The translations under genes were made by a program, and so were the position numbers. Below are positions 28,019-29,151 of a DNA stretch of 29,151 bases, piece after piece (within the stretch, counting starts at the first letter, position 1; the number at the start of each line of letters is the position of its first letter). The notes beneath the pieces were generated by a model. The model saw only the letters and a list, made by a program, of their open reading frames with translations, ran no database searches and was not told the DNA's origin. The stretch covers positions 1 through 29,151 of the forward strand of contig JAHECJ010000001.1 of assembly GCA_024641805.1 (NCBI GenBank), given 5' to 3'. This DNA is from Desulfococcus sp. Lineage in GTDB: Bacteria > Desulfobacterota > Desulfobacteria > Desulfobacterales > Desulfosalsimonadaceae.

Positions 28019-28375
28019 TCATCTCCCGAATTTACCGAATACATTTTCCAGCGATACGAAAACCTGATGGGAGGGCAAACCGGCAGCAGTTTTTTTCGCA
28101 ATAACGTTCAGATCCCAACAGCCATGAATATCTGATTTATTCACACGGAACCACTCGCGAATCAAACGTTTGATCCGGTTCCGTATCACTGCGTTCCCGA
28201 TTCGTTTTGATACTGTAATTCCCAGACGCGAATAATCAGACTCCCGAGGCAGATAAAGAACAATAAAAAAATGATCCTGAAATTTTTTACCGTGCTTAGA
28301 CAGCTTAACAAATTCCGAACGGTCGAGGATCTTATGCGTTTTTTTTAATCCAAGCGACGTCAACGCCATATCCAT
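28019..28375 (-). CDS. rnpA: Ribonuclease P protein component
   Basis: [28 protein letters not shown] motif; start uncertain (ATG at 28402, 28375 or 28369). Confidence 0.95.
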   Translation of the reverse strand: MDMALTSLGLKKTHKILDRSEFVKLSKHGKKFQDHFFIVLYLPRESDYSRLGITVSKRIGNAVIRNRIKRLIREWFRVNKSDIHGCWDLNVIAKKTAAGLPSHQVFVSLENVFGKFGR

Positions 28376-28564
28376 TTTATGGATCAACTTTTTCTCATTC
28401 AAAGGGATTTGTCACTTAAAGAATATGACTTGATCCGGGAAATCCAAATGGCAGTTGCTTCGTCGTCTTCACTGCAATTGAAATTTTGCTGGAGAAACAT
28501 CGGTCAGATCTGTTGATTTTACCAATTAAATACTGTTCTTCTTCGTTTCATTAAACAAAGCACA

Positions 28565-28699
28565 TTAAACCACTAAACGTTTTCTTCCCTTGGATCTGCG
28601 TCTGTTTATAACCCGCCTCCCCTGCTTTGTAGACATTCGTTTCAAAAAGCCATGTGTTCGTGCCCGTTTCACTCTGCTCGGCTGATATGTTCGTTTCAT
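28565..28699 (-). CDS. rpmH: 50S ribosomal protein L34 (44 aa)
   Basis: Manual translation [44 protein letters not shown]; below the ORF-track cut-off. Confidence 0.98.
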   Translation of the reverse strand: MKRTYQPSRVKRARTHGFLKRMSTKQGRRVINRRRSKGRKRLVV

Positions 28700-28879
28700 A
28701 ACCTTCCGTCCTTATACTCTTTATTAGTAATTCAATTATTCACTGCGGCCCACAACTCAATTCCGGGGTTTTTCCAACCGCATCACTTATACAAACATTA
28801 CAATTAATTGCAATCTTTCGAAAGGGCCTGTTTGTTTTTTCTTTTCGATGCGCATAGCTATCCCGGAAACCAATCGAAA

Positions 28880-28910
28880 AATATAATCACACAGTATATG
28901 ACTTTGTCAA
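28880..28910 (-). promoter_or_regulatory. Candidate promoter for the rpmH operon
   Basis: Minus strand TTGACA-AAGTCATATACTGTGTG-ATTATATT in the gap between the RNase gene and rpmH. Confidence 0.5.
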
Positions 28911-28938
28911 CCTCAAAAGTTTAATTTGGATTTTTGCC

Positions 28939-29151
28939 TTATTCCAGATACACTTCGATGATATTGAACTCTTCAATATGAAATTCACCGGCCGGATATA
29001 TGACAACCTGGCGCTGGAGATGCTTTTCCAAAGAAATGATAATATCGTTTGCTTCTCCCAGCAAAAGATCAGCTATTTCGGGATGCACGCGAAGACTGAT
29101 TTTTTCGCCCTGCACATCATGTGAAAGCCGCAGCACTTCCCGGTAAATATT
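28939..29151 (-). CDS. C-terminal end of an RNase G/E-family ribonuclease (partial, runs off the right edge)
   Basis: NIYREVLRL...LRVHPEIADLLL...SLEKHLQRQVVIYP...FHIEEFNI resembles the Rng/Rne C-terminal small domain; only about 70 codons visible. Confidence 0.7.
   Translation of the reverse strand, partial: NIYREVLRLSHDVQGEKISLRVHPEIADLLLGEANDIIISLEKHLQRQVVIYPAGEFHIEEFNIIEVYLE

Noticed and set aside
108-28101. The many antisense and alternate-frame ORFs in the track (for example 2121-2645, 6132-7163, 7773-8252, 24656-25165, 25020-25520)
   Set aside because: They are shadows of well-identified genes on the other strand or frame, with no recognisable motifs.
28700-28938. oriC in the gap upstream of rpmH
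   Set aside because: The gap is short, has only two mismatched DnaA-box-like 9-mers, shows no clear unwinding repeat and has no adjacent dnaA.
1-29151. Genome-wide reassignment of TAG to a sense codon (code 15/16-like)
   Set aside because: TAG falls at the family-typical C-terminus of yidD (GGFDPVP), pilT, yidC and the YkgJ gene, and only two internal TAGs occur in about 29 genes. A fully reassigned codon should appear in many genes. Only conditional decoding remains plausible.
1-29151. CRISPR arrays, tRNA/rRNA genes, transposases, integrases, phage genes
   Set aside because: No regularly spaced repeats, cloverleaf or rRNA signatures, or mobile-element protein motifs were recognised by eye.

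Overview
Core-chromosome window from a moderately AT-rich bacterium. Gene content and protein style suggest Desulfobacterota/Desulfobacterales (inference, not a database result). Left to right it holds: a partial acyl-CoA synthetase; dnaK-grpE with no adjacent dnaJ, hrcA or CIRCE; a long Alu-domain SRP RNA; tilS-ftsH-folP-coaX; a yggT-pilT-pilU-Zn ribbon/receiver-52 aa cluster; proC-ccdA-thioredoxin-NUDIX; NrdR-boxed nrdDG; an acyl-CoA dehydrogenase; small hypotheticals; and the origin-type rpmH-rnpA-yidD-yidC-jag-mnmE operon with two parS sites, preceded by an RNase G/E-like gene instead of dnaA. The most notable signal is two otherwise intact conserved genes (coaX, pilT) that each carry one in-frame TAG with the conserved sequence continuing in frame after it. 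TAG also ends 4 of 29 genes here. This fits conditional amber decoding (for example pyrrolysine) but also G>T lesions or assembly error. A 1-nt frameshift in the thioredoxin gene and an odd yidD start show that sequence error cannot be excluded. No tRNA, rRNA, CRISPR array, transposase or phage gene was recognised.
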